Source of the DNA: Candidatus Methylomirabilis oxygeniifera
Lineage (GTDB): Bacteria; Methylomirabilota; Methylomirabilia; Methylomirabilales; Methylomirabilaceae
DNA length: 32,000 nt
Direction: 5' to 3'
Assembly (NCBI GenBank): GCA_000091165.1
Contig: FP565575.1
Coordinates: 1,410,001-1,442,000 of the forward strand
Positions 1-7,944 of the stretch are shown here, piece after piece. The notes under the pieces are model-generated. The model saw only the letters and a program-made list of their open reading frames with translations. It was not told the origin of the DNA and searched no databases. The translations under genes were made by a program, and so were the position numbers. The first letter of the stretch is position 1. Each line of letters starts with the position of its first letter.

Positions 1-1391
1 CCGATCCCTTCACCGGCCGTCGGAGGCATTCCGTATTCCAACGCCCGCAGAAAATCCTCATCCAGGCCATGGGCCTCCAGATCGCCTTGATCCCGCTGCC
101 GCAACTGGTCAAGAAACCGAATGCGCTGCTCGCGTGGATCGTTCAGCTCGGAGTAGGCGTTGGCGATCTCCATCCCGCCGATGAACAGCTCAAACCGCTG
201 AACGGTCGTCGGCTCACCTTGTGTCGCTTTGGCCAACGGGGAAAGCTCAGTGGGAAAATCGATAATGAACGTGGGCTGAATAAGTTTCGACTCCACCAGG
301 GTATCGAACAGCTCGGCCATCACCTTTCCCTTCCCCCAACCAGGCAGGATCGTGATCCCATGGTGTCCGGCCGTCGCGCGCACACCCTCTTCCGTCGTAA
401 GGGCCTCCGCCTCCAGTCCGCCCACCTTGACGAGGGCCTCCTCCAGCGTGAGTTTCGGCCATGGTGGCGCGAAGGAGATCTGCTGTCCCTGATAGGTCAC
501 CTGCTGATCGCCCGTGATCCCCTTCGCCAGGTGAGCCAGCATCTCTTCCGTCATCGCCATCAGATCCTCGTAATCGGCATACGCCTGATAAAACTCCAGC
601 ATCGTGAACTCGGGGTTGTGTTGGGTAGAGATACCCTCATTCCGGAAGTTTCGGTTGATCTCGAAAACCCGGTCGAACCCTCCCACCACCAGCCGCTTCA
701 GATAGAGTTCCGGGGCAATCCTCAGATACAGCTTAATGTCGAGGGCATTGTGATGCGTCACAAAGGGGCGCGCCATGGCGCCTCCGGCCATCGACTGCAT
801 CATGGGGGTTTCGACTTCCAGGAACTCCCTCGACTCAAAGAAGCGGCGGATCTCCGCGATGAGACGGCTGCGCTTCCTGAAGGCATCGGCAACCTGGCGA
901 TTCACAATGAGATCCAGGTAGCGCTGGCGGAAACGGGTCTCCACGTCGGTCAGCCCATGCCACTTCTCCGGCAGCGGCCGCAGCGACTTCGACAGGAGCC
1001 GAACCGTCCCGACGCGTACCGTCAGCTCCCCCGTCCGCGTCCGGAAGAGTTGACCTTCCACCCCCAGATGATCGCCGACATCCAGCCTCTTACAGAGGTC
1101 GTAGAGTTGCGCGCCCAGTACATCCCGGGAGAGGTAAATCTGCATCCTTCCGGAACCGTCCTGGAGATGAGCAAAGGTAACCTTGCCGTGATGGCGCAGG
1201 GACATCAGACGACCGGCAATGGCCACCTCTGGCGCTGCATCGGTCTCTTCAGGGAGGACGGCGTACTCCCGGTGAAGGTCGGCTGCGAGGTTCCGAATCT
1301 CGAAGCGGGCCGGATAGGGATCTACACCTGCCGCCTCAAGTTCCGCCAACTTCCGTATCCGCTCGCTCACCAACGGATTGTGCTCTTCCAC
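1..1391 (-). CDS. lysS: lysyl-tRNA synthetase, class II (3' end runs off the left edge of the window)
   Basis: Absent from the ORF track because it has no in-window stop. My reverse-complement translation from GTG 1391-1389 (GGAGG 4 nt upstream) reads [30 protein letters not shown]... It stays open to position 1 and ends ...[31 protein letters not shown], the conserved class II LysRS C-terminal region. The + strand ORF 69..1487 is its antisense shadow. Confidence 0.9.
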   Translation of the reverse strand, partial: [463 protein letters not shown]

Positions 1392-1418
1392 AATGCCTCC
1401 AATCGTCAAGTTCGTTCG

Positions 1419-1447
1419 ATTATAGGAACCACCCCGGCAACTGTCAA
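1419..1447 (-). promoter_or_regulatory. sigma70-type promoter of lysS, perfect consensus
   Basis: On the minus strand: TTGACA (1447-1442), exactly 17 nt spacer (1441-1425), TATAAT (1424-1419). It lies about 28 nt upstream of the GTG start at 1391. Confidence 0.55.
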
Positions 1448-1499
1448 GGAAGCCCCTGGTGAAATCCTGACATTCGGAGTTCCTTGAGTGGTATGGGAG

Positions 1500-1997
1500 T
1501 TACGTGACTAGAGTGTACCTCCGGCGTGACGCGTAAACGGCAAAGTTCACGATGAGTAGGCCGCTACATGCGGCCTTCACGGCGAATGCGGTGCGGTCGC
1601 AGAAGGAGTAGCGGGTGTGATCGGTGAGCGAGGGGTATGTGTCGTCTATGTAGAGATCCCACGCTTCACCTGTCTCACCGGCAATACACGCGGCGTACGG
1701 GTTGTCGTCGCGCTCCCACCAGTCCAGATAGTCGGCAGCGAGCGCATGCTCGGCTGCGGTGACGGCTTGATCGGGCGTGAGGCCTGCGGCGGCGGCAGAA
1801 GCGAGGTCAGGATTGAGCCACCCCTCACCGAGCCAATGTGGAAGGTCGCTGTCGGCACGGAAGCCTAGCGTATACCATTGCGCGGCGATGGCGGTGATGG
1901 CGGCCTGGTCGCGGTAGAGGTCGGTGTAGTGGGGAATCAGATCGGCGATCTCCGAGATTGCTTTCGCGGTAGCACGGGTATCAGGCTGCAGGCTCAT
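1500..1997 (-). CDS. hypothetical protein
   Basis: ORF-track entry 1500..2033 begins with TTG; the first ATG is at 1997 (MSLQPDTRATAKAISE...). Amino-acid composition is protein-like, unlike the R/G-rich overlapping + strand ORFs. I recognise no family motif. It sits between ctaB and lysS on the same strand. Confidence 0.45.
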   Translation of the reverse strand: MSLQPDTRATAKAISEIADLIPHYTDLYRDQAAITAIAAQWYTLGFRADSDLPHWLGEGWLNPDLASAAAAGLTPDQAVTAAEHALAADYLDWWERDDNPYAACIAGETGEAWDLYIDDTYPSLTDHTRYSFCDRTAFAVKAACSGLLIVNFAVYASRRRYTLVT

Positions 1998-2057
1998 CGA
2001 TTGCGTCCGTATCAGCGATCTGTCCTGCTCCAAGAGCCTGCGAACACGATGCTGACG

Positions 2058-2963
2058 TTACAAAGGTACCCTGTCCAGCACCATCAGCAAAAACAGTGCT
2101 GGAAGTTGTACGAGCGATGCGAACGCCAGCCGCCTCACATCTGCCGTCGATCGCCGGATGGTACAGGCGCACGCGCATCCAAGCAGGCTGATACCCAGCA
2201 TAAACGCGCCTACGAAATAGAATGGGCCGGCGAATCCCATGAGGGTCGGCAGCAGGCTGACGGCAAGCAAGATCAGGCAGTCGCAGATAATCCGACATCT
2301 CGTCAGTATATCGTCCGGATCGATCAGGGGGAGGAGTCGAATCCCTGCTCGCTTATAATCGTCCTTATGCAGCATGGCGATGGCTAGGGTATGGGGAAGC
2401 TGCCACAAAAACAGGATGGCGAATAGTACACACGCTTCACTGCCGAGCCTTCCCGTAGCCGCTGCCCAGCCGATCACCGGAGGTAACGCCCCTGGGACCG
2501 CCCCCACCATGACGCATAACGCAGTCTTGCGCTTCAGCGGCGTGTACAGAAATAGATAGCTTCCCGCGGTCACCGCCGCTGCAACACTACTCCAGGTGTT
2601 GACCGCAGCAGCCAGATACAACAGCCCTGCGACTGTAAGCAATACGCCGAACAGGAGCGCCTCCGCAGGATGGAGCCGCCCGGCAGGCAATGGCCGGAGT
2701 TGTGTGCGCGTCATCCGCCCGTCCAGGTCACGCTCAAGGAACTGATTCAGCGCGAGGGTTCCACCTGCAGCAAGCGCAGTACCGATGAGTACTTGCCACA
2801 GTACCCCATAGTTGGGCGTACCGCCGGAGCCAATATAAAAGCCCGCGCATGCGGTGAGCAGCACCATCATCAGGATACGCGGCTTCGTCAGAGATATAAA
2901 ATCCGCCGCGCGTCCGCGCGTCCGCGTGAACTCAGCGCCTGATGTTGCGGATGTGGGCATCAT
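2058..2963 (-). CDS. ctaB: protohaem IX farnesyltransferase (haem O synthase)
   Basis: The C-terminal 301 aa of ORF 2058..3299, from MMPTSATSG..., show UbiA-prenyltransferase / CyoE-CtaB hallmarks: ADFISLTKPRI, LNQFLERDLDGRMTRTQLRPLPAG, YTPLKRKT, multiple TM helices. The ATG at 2963 overlaps the ctaA stop (ATGA, 2963-2960). The upstream 112 codons of the track ORF overlap ctaA and are rejected. Confidence 0.88.
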   Translation of the reverse strand: MMPTSATSGAEFTRTRGRAADFISLTKPRILMMVLLTACAGFYIGSGGTPNYGVLWQVLIGTALAAGGTLALNQFLERDLDGRMTRTQLRPLPAGRLHPAEALLFGVLLTVAGLLYLAAAVNTWSSVAAAVTAGSYLFLYTPLKRKTALCVMVGAVPGALPPVIGWAAATGRLGSEACVLFAILFLWQLPHTLAIAMLHKDDYKRAGIRLLPLIDPDDILTRCRIICDCLILLAVSLLPTLMGFAGPFYFVGAFMLGISLLGCACACTIRRSTADVRRLAFASLVQLPALFLLMVLDRVPL

Positions 2964-3937
2964 GCGCGCACCCGCTCGGCGGGTAATCCCCCGTCGGTAA
3001 CAACAGCCTGCCGCGACGTCAACAGCCGATAGGATCGCAACGTCAGCATGATACAGGCTGCCAGCATCAGCGTACCCGTGATTCTGTGAGTAGTCGGCAG
3101 CGCCAACCGGGTAAAGGCTGCATAGGGGATTTCGAGTGAGGTAAAACGATTCACATACGATCCGAGGCCCAACAGAAGCTGTAGCACCAGCAGACCGACA
3201 AGTAGACTGACGGGCCACGTCAGCTTCACCTGATCTGCATGAGGTCTCAGGATACGTGCGGCCAGGCGCCAGACATGGATAGCGACAAGGGCGGCACACA
3301 ACAGATGGGCCAGAAACCAGTCGCCGATATGTGTCAGCATGCCCCCAAAGAAGATCTGGAGGTATACCAACCCGGTTGTCAAGACACAGAGCCGCTTGAC
3401 CGCTCCAACATCAGCCGCCACCGCTCTTCGTGAGTTGTGTTCCCACTCCTGAGAGGTCAATACCACCGAACTCACTGTGAGGGCAAAGAAGGCTTGGGCC
3501 AGCAAACCATGAATAAGTGCAAGTTCGCTCCCGGCCGACACCAGGATCACTCGAAGGCCGCCAAGTATCCCCTGGATGACTACCGCGCCGACGGCCGCAA
3601 CTCCGAGCCACCGCGCCGATCTTCTGGCGTCTTTCAACCGGAGCACAATCGCGAATGCCAGAGTCAGAAAACCTACGAAAGATCCGATCAGTCTGTGACT
3701 GTGTTCGTAGAAGATCCCCCCCACCATGTGTGACCATGGATAGAGGAACATGTTATACCCGAATGTCGTCGGCCAATCCGGTACTGCCAGCCCGGCCCCC
3801 GTATTCGTCACCAGACCGCCGACAAAGATCAACATCAGCGTTGATCCCGCGGTCAGCATGGCGAACCGATGGGGCCAGGGACTATAGGCCTGCGCCTGTA
3901 TGCGGTCCGTTAACCTCTCGTCGTCATTCTTCATCAT
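2960..3937 (-). CDS. ctaA: haem A synthase (COX15/CtaA family)
   Basis: 325 aa polytopic membrane protein with GGLVTNTGAGLAVPDWPTTFG, YEHSHRLIG and THRITG His-containing motifs typical of CtaA/COX15. Translationally coupled to ctaB downstream. Confidence 0.85.
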   Translation of the reverse strand: MMKNDDERLTDRIQAQAYSPWPHRFAMLTAGSTLMLIFVGGLVTNTGAGLAVPDWPTTFGYNMFLYPWSHMVGGIFYEHSHRLIGSFVGFLTLAFAIVLRLKDARRSARWLGVAAVGAVVIQGILGGLRVILVSAGSELALIHGLLAQAFFALTVSSVVLTSQEWEHNSRRAVAADVGAVKRLCVLTTGLVYLQIFFGGMLTHIGDWFLAHLLCAALVAIHVWRLAARILRPHADQVKLTWPVSLLVGLLVLQLLLGLGSYVNRFTSLEIPYAAFTRLALPTTHRITGTLMLAACIMLTLRSYRLLTSRQAVVTDGGLPAERVRA

Positions 3938-4046
3938 CTCTGTGTTCTAGCCGAGCTACGGAGCGAAGTCAACGAAAAACCGGTATCCCCATGTGTGTCT
4001 CAGGTTGTCGACCATGCCATACACCCCGCAAAAATGACGTCGCGCA

Positions 4047-4075
4047 TTGTCTTGCCTCTTCAGATGTGCTATATA
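4047..4075 (+). promoter_or_regulatory. candidate sigma70 promoter upstream of the first peroxidase gene
   Basis: TTGTCT (4047-4052), 17 nt spacer, TATATA (4070-4075) preceded by TGc (extended -10 like). It lies in the divergent ctaA/peroxidase intergenic region. Confidence 0.3.
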
Positions 4076-4176
4076 GAACCGCCGTAACAACCAAACAGAA
4101 CGATGAGAGGGCGAACCTGATCAGGCCTGAATTGCTGCGATTGCTGCAGCACACTAAGAAGACCGGGAGGGACAAC

Positions 4177-5211
4177 ATGCAACGCCGGACACGAGGGGTA
4201 CTTATTATTGGCGTACTATTTTCCACTGTACTGGGTCTTTCCGTCACGGGAAGCGGTGCGGAACAAGCGTACAAGCTCAAGATGCCGTTGGGTCTACAGG
4301 AGGATGCGGCGTATATTCCCCCGGACAACCCTCTGACGGTCGACAAGATCAGCCTCGGTCAACAGCTCTATTTTGATACGCGGCTCTCCGCCGACGGGAC
4401 TATTGCCTGCGCCACCTGCCACGCGGCGGACAAAGGGTTTTCCGACGGCCGCCCCACCTCGACGGGGATCAAAGGACAGGTCGGTGGCCGTAATGCCCCG
4501 GTAACGATTAATCGTCTCTTCAGCCAGGAGCAGTTCTGGGACGGCCGGTCCCCTTCGCTGGAAGACCAGGCGCTTGGCCCGGTGCAGAACCCCATCGAGA
4601 TGGGCCACACCCTGGAGGGGATGGTGGCGACTCTGGATAAGTTGAGCGGGTATCGGGAGCAGTTCAAAAAGGCGTTCGGGACAGGCGTCACCAAAGACGG
4701 GGTTGCCAAGGCCATCGCGTCCTTCGAGCGAACCCTTCTTTGCGGCAACTCAGCCTTTGATAAGTTTGAGGCCGGAGACAAACAGGCTCTCAGTGCGAGC
4801 GCCCAGCGCGGGCTTACCCTCTTTCGTGCGAAAAAGGCGAACTGTGTCGCATGCCACACCGGCTTTAACTTCACTGATGAGGGGTATCATAACCTCGGCG
4901 TAGGTATGGACAAAAAGGACCCGGACCTCGGCCGCTTCAAGGTGACTAAGAAAGAGTCCGACAAAGGCGCCTTCAAGACGCCGACCCTGCGCAACATCGC
5001 CGCCAGTGCGCCCTATCTGCACGACGGCAGCGCCAAAACACTGGAAGAAGTGATCGACTTCTACGACAAAGGCGGCATCAAGAATCCGAACCTATCGAAG
5101 GAAATCAAGCCGCTCAAGCTGACGGCTCAGGAAAAGGGCGATCTGGCGGCGTTCATGAAGTCGCTGAGCTGCCCCAATCTCAAGGTTGCCGCGCCTGCGC
5201 TTCCTAAATAG
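4177..5211 (+). CDS. di-haem cytochrome c peroxidase (CCP/MauG family), paralogue 1
   Basis: True start is ATG 4177 (MQRRTRGVLIIG..., GGGAGG 6 nt upstream), inside track ORF 3655..5211. It has a signal peptide, two CxxCH motifs (CATCH, CVACH), and the conserved NAPVTINRLF, QFWDGR, NPIEMG, FKTPTLRNIAASAPYLHDGS blocks of bacterial CCPs. Confidence 0.9.
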   Translation: MQRRTRGVLIIGVLFSTVLGLSVTGSGAEQAYKLKMPLGLQEDAAYIPPDNPLTVDKISLGQQLYFDTRLSADGTIACATCHAADKGFSDGRPTSTGIKGQVGGRNAPVTINRLFSQEQFWDGRSPSLEDQALGPVQNPIEMGHTLEGMVATLDKLSGYREQFKKAFGTGVTKDGVAKAIASFERTLLCGNSAFDKFEAGDKQALSASAQRGLTLFRAKKANCVACHTGFNFTDEGYHNLGVGMDKKDPDLGRFKVTKKESDKGAFKTPTLRNIAASAPYLHDGSAKTLEEVIDFYDKGGIKNPNLSKEIKPLKLTAQEKGDLAAFMKSLSCPNLKVAAPALPK

Positions 5212-5240
5212 GGGGGAAGGCTTTCCTTCCCCCCTATCTC
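5211..5240 (+). terminator. rho-independent terminator after peroxidase 1
   Basis: GGGGGGAAGG (5211-5220), loop CTTT, CCTTCCCCCC (5225-5234): a perfect 10-bp stem. It is followed by TATCTCTTTG. Confidence 0.6.
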
Positions 5241-5363
5241 TTTGACCTCGCCCCCTCAGCGCTGACAGGCCGCTACCAACCGGTAGACGGTCTGCAGGGA
5301 TCTCCTCGCTCTCCGCGCGATCGCTATCTGAAGAATTCTTCCGGGATATTCTTGAGAAACCCC

Positions 5364-5392
5364 TTGACAAACACTGTTTTAGTTTTTATCTT
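5364..5392 (+). promoter_or_regulatory. candidate sigma70 promoter for the cupredoxin / phosphoesterase / cytochrome / SoxYZ cluster
   Basis: TTGACA (5364-5369), 17 nt spacer, TATCTT (5387-5392). AAGGAGG follows at 5403-5409 and the ATG at 5417. Confidence 0.45.
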
Positions 5393-5416
5393 TTCCCTTA
5401 TCAAGGAGGCTGAGCC

Positions 5417-6142
5417 ATGACGCCGTCGAGAATGTTCCTCAGCTCTGTTGCGTTTACGGTTACCCTCATCACCCTCACACCTGTCGCCTACTCCTATCAG
5501 GAAGTCGCCGTCACCGACGGCGGAACCATCACCGGAAAGGTGGTCTTTCAAGGTTCGCCCCCACCCATGAAGCTGATTATCCCCACGAAAGATCAGGAGG
5601 TCTGCGGAGGGATTCGCGAGGAACCTCATATTGTCCTAAGTGAGAATCAGGAAGTTCAGCATGCCGTCGTGTTTCTGAAGGACGTTCAAACCGGCAAGGC
5701 CTGGGGGCGGCCCGCAAAAACACCGGACCTGACCAATCTGAAGTGCGACTTTGTGCCTCATGTCCAGGTTGTGCCGGTCGGATCGGATCTCGAGATCATC
5801 AGCGCCGATTCGGTTCTGCACGCCACGCACGGGTTCCTGGGAAAACGGACCGTTTTTAGCGTCACTCTGCCGAATAAGGGGGACCGGGTGACACGACCCC
5901 TCAAGAAGGCCGGGGTCGTACGGGTTGAGTGCGATGCCCACGGCTGGATGCTGGGGTGGATTTACGTCGCCGACAACCCATACGCGACCGTGACGGCTCA
6001 AGACGGGACGTTCACTATTACGGATGTCCCGCCCGGCGCCTACACCCTTGTGGTCTGGCAGGAGTATATGGGGTTAACTGAGACCCCGGTTACCGTCAAG
6101 GCAACAGATGCAGTATCGGTCAAGATCGAGTTAAACAAATAG
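5417..6142 (+). CDS. secreted cupredoxin-like (amicyanin-type Cu-site loop) protein with C-terminal carboxypeptidase-regulatory-like beta domain, paralogue 1
   Basis: Signal peptide (…TPVAYS/YQE). Candidate type-1 Cu ligands are LHATHGF and CDAHGWM (C-x2-H-x2-M, as in amicyanin). The C-terminus DGTFTITDVPPGAYTLVVWQE resembles CarboxypepD_reg-like domains. Same 241-aa length and roughly 40 % identity by eye to ORF 12889..13614. Confidence 0.7.
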   Translation: MTPSRMFLSSVAFTVTLITLTPVAYSYQEVAVTDGGTITGKVVFQGSPPPMKLIIPTKDQEVCGGIREEPHIVLSENQEVQHAVVFLKDVQTGKAWGRPAKTPDLTNLKCDFVPHVQVVPVGSDLEIISADSVLHATHGFLGKRTVFSVTLPNKGDRVTRPLKKAGVVRVECDAHGWMLGWIYVADNPYATVTAQDGTFTITDVPPGAYTLVVWQEYMGLTETPVTVKATDAVSVKIELNK

Positions 6143-6345
6143 GCAACGTCAGAACCTGTGCGCATCGGCTGAAGGAGGTTCGTGCGATGGATGATCATGG
6201 CCGTGATCGTGACCGACTAAGACTCCTGAGATCAAAGGCAAGACTCATGTGGTGGCGCAAAAACGGCTCTTCCCGAGAGATCGAGGATTTGCGCCGCGAG
6301 ATGGACCAAACATTAAGACAACCGGGTGAGCTTCCTGATAAGACA

Positions 6346-7419
6346 ATGGAACTTACCCGCCGTATGTTCATCCATAAATCGCTACTGGCCGGCGCGGCAG
6401 CCGGCGTCGCCTCAGCCGGATGGTTCCCTTGGCTAAATACCCTCGACCTGGCCTTTGGCGCCGAGGCATTTAAGTTCGTCTGGGTCTCTGATTCCCACTT
6501 GTACCCAAGAACTCTGAACACTCGTTTCGTTGATAAGGTAACCCGTGCGGTGAAAGAGGTCCAAGCTATGTCGCCGCCCGCTGATTTCCTGATTTATGGA
6601 GGTGATCTGGCGCAGCTCGGGGATCCCGTCGAGTTAGAGCTCGGGGCCGAGATCCTGAAAGAGGTCACCATCAAAAAGGTCTTCATCCCCGGGGAACACG
6701 ACTGGTACCTTGATATGGGAGTGAAGTGGGAGAAGCTCTTTGGCAAGTCCTCCTGGACCTTTGACCACAAAGGGGTCCGCTTTATCGGACTTGATACCGT
6801 GAGTCGCGGTCCGGACTACTGGACGGCGAAGAAGATGACCGCTAAAGAACGGATGGGTCATATGGCCACCCTGGATGGGAGTGTAGCGGGCGCGTGGGCC
6901 GGTGTCGGCCGTGACCAGCTCGAATGGCTTTCCACGACCCTTTCCAATTGGTCGAAGAACAAGCCGATCGTCATCTTCAGCCACAACCCGTTGTACGAGT
7001 ATTACCCGCCTTGGAACTTCTGGGTGCGGGACTGGCGCGAGGTTCACGAAGTTCTCAAGCCCTTCACGAACGTCACCAATATCCACGGTCATACCCATCA
7101 AGTGCTGTATAACGAGATCGGTAAGGTTCGTTCGATTGGGATGCTGGCCACCTCGTGGACCTGGCCGTACGCGCCTGAAGGGGTGCCGGCCCTCACCAAG
7201 TGCAAGGTCCGCGTCGATCCCGGTGATCCCTTCGATGGGGTAGGTTGGTCGACACACACCGTGAGCACGGCAGAGAAGGTCGAGAATGAGTATGTGATGT
7301 GGCGAAAAGATATTCTCGGCGAGGCACCGTGGGACTCGGGATGCGCAGACAACGCCAATCAGATCCTGAGCCCACGACTGGCCGATCGTGAGTGGCCGTA
7401 CTATGGCGCATATAAGTAA
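6346..7419 (+). CDS. Tat-exported calcineurin-like metallophosphoesterase
   Basis: Twin-arginine signal MELTRRMFIHKSLLAGAAAG. All five metallophosphoesterase motifs are present in order: VSDSH, GGDLAQLG, IPGEHDW, FSHNP, IHGHTH. The start is uncertain: ATG 6346 was chosen to give a normal Tat n-region, ATG 6301 or 6187 are possible, and none has a good SD. Confidence 0.75.
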   Translation: MELTRRMFIHKSLLAGAAAGVASAGWFPWLNTLDLAFGAEAFKFVWVSDSHLYPRTLNTRFVDKVTRAVKEVQAMSPPADFLIYGGDLAQLGDPVELELGAEILKEVTIKKVFIPGEHDWYLDMGVKWEKLFGKSSWTFDHKGVRFIGLDTVSRGPDYWTAKKMTAKERMGHMATLDGSVAGAWAGVGRDQLEWLSTTLSNWSKNKPIVIFSHNPLYEYYPPWNFWVRDWREVHEVLKPFTNVTNIHGHTHQVLYNEIGKVRSIGMLATSWTWPYAPEGVPALTKCKVRVDPGDPFDGVGWSTHTVSTAEKVENEYVMWRKDILGEAPWDSGCADNANQILSPRLADREWPYYGAYK

Positions 7420-7455
7420 CTGCCGGTTGATCATACATCCAAGAGGAGGACCGCG

Positions 7456-7920
7456 ATGAAGCGCCAACACAGTTCTATCAGAACGGCACTAGGTGCCTCT
7501 CTCCTGGGTCTGCTCCTTGTCGTCGTCCCCGGGCCCAGCCCGGCCATCGCTCACAAGGCCAAGCACACGCCCGAGCAACTGAAAGCGTTTGAGCAGGTCT
7601 TTATGGAACAGGTCAAGGTCGGCGACTTACTCTTCCATGGCGACGGCGCCGTCCAGAAGCGACTCGGCGTGACGCTGTCCAACACGGGAATGGCATGCGC
7701 GATGTGCCATCCCTTTGCGTCGGACACCCACCCCTATACGTTTCCAAAATTTCAGGAACAGATCAACAAGTTTGCCACGCTGCGAGATATGATCAACTGG
7801 TGCATCGAAAAGGCCGCTGAAGGGGAGAGAATCGAGGACGATTCAGACGCCATGAAGGCTCTGGAGACGTATATCTACTGGTCTACCAGAGGCTCGAAGC
7901 TCGACCCGGGACGGCACTGA
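7456..7920 (+). CDS. periplasmic monohaem c-type cytochrome (possibly SoxA-like fold)
   Basis: GAGGAGG lies 6 nt upstream. It has a Sec signal peptide (…SPAIA/HK) and a single CAMCH motif. The downstream segment FATLRDMINWCIEKAAEG...DDSDAMKALETYIYW recalls, from memory, the haem-distal RIN-x-C / AL-x-YI pattern of SoxA-type cytochromes. This is unverified. Confidence 0.7.
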   Translation: MKRQHSSIRTALGASLLGLLLVVVPGPSPAIAHKAKHTPEQLKAFEQVFMEQVKVGDLLFHGDGAVQKRLGVTLSNTGMACAMCHPFASDTHPYTFPKFQEQINKFATLRDMINWCIEKAAEGERIEDDSDAMKALETYIYWSTRGSKLDPGRH

Positions 7921-7944
7921 CCGGGACGGCACTGCACGAGTCAC

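Noticed and set aside
69-1487. 472-aa + strand ORF, the longest ORF at the left edge
   Set aside because: It is antisense to an unmistakable lysS reading frame (…[21 protein letters not shown]). Its product is R/L/G/P/H-rich low-complexity sequence with no motifs. It is a high-GC shadow ORF.
2964-3299. 112-codon N-terminal extension of the ctaB ORF
   Set aside because: It overlaps the 3' part of ctaA in another frame and is Cys/Arg-rich nonsense. The ATG at 2963 gives a full-length CtaB and an ATGA overlap with the ctaA stop.
3655-4176. 174-codon N-terminal extension of the peroxidase-1 ORF
   Set aside because: The extension overlaps ctaA in antisense and is Arg/Ser/Pro-rich. The peroxidase has an obvious start at ATG 4177, with GGGAGG upstream and a signal peptide, and this matches the N-terminus of paralogue 2.
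6187-6345. Upstream in-frame starts (ATG 6187, ATG 6301) for the metallophosphoesterase
   Set aside because: They would put 39-53 charged residues in front of the twin-arginine motif, which is atypical for Tat signals. None of the candidate starts has a convincing SD, so this stays an open start-site ambiguity rather than a finding.
6634-7470. 278-aa minus-strand ORF
   Set aside because: It is antisense to the metallophosphoesterase gene, which has five ordered catalytic motifs. The ORF itself has none.
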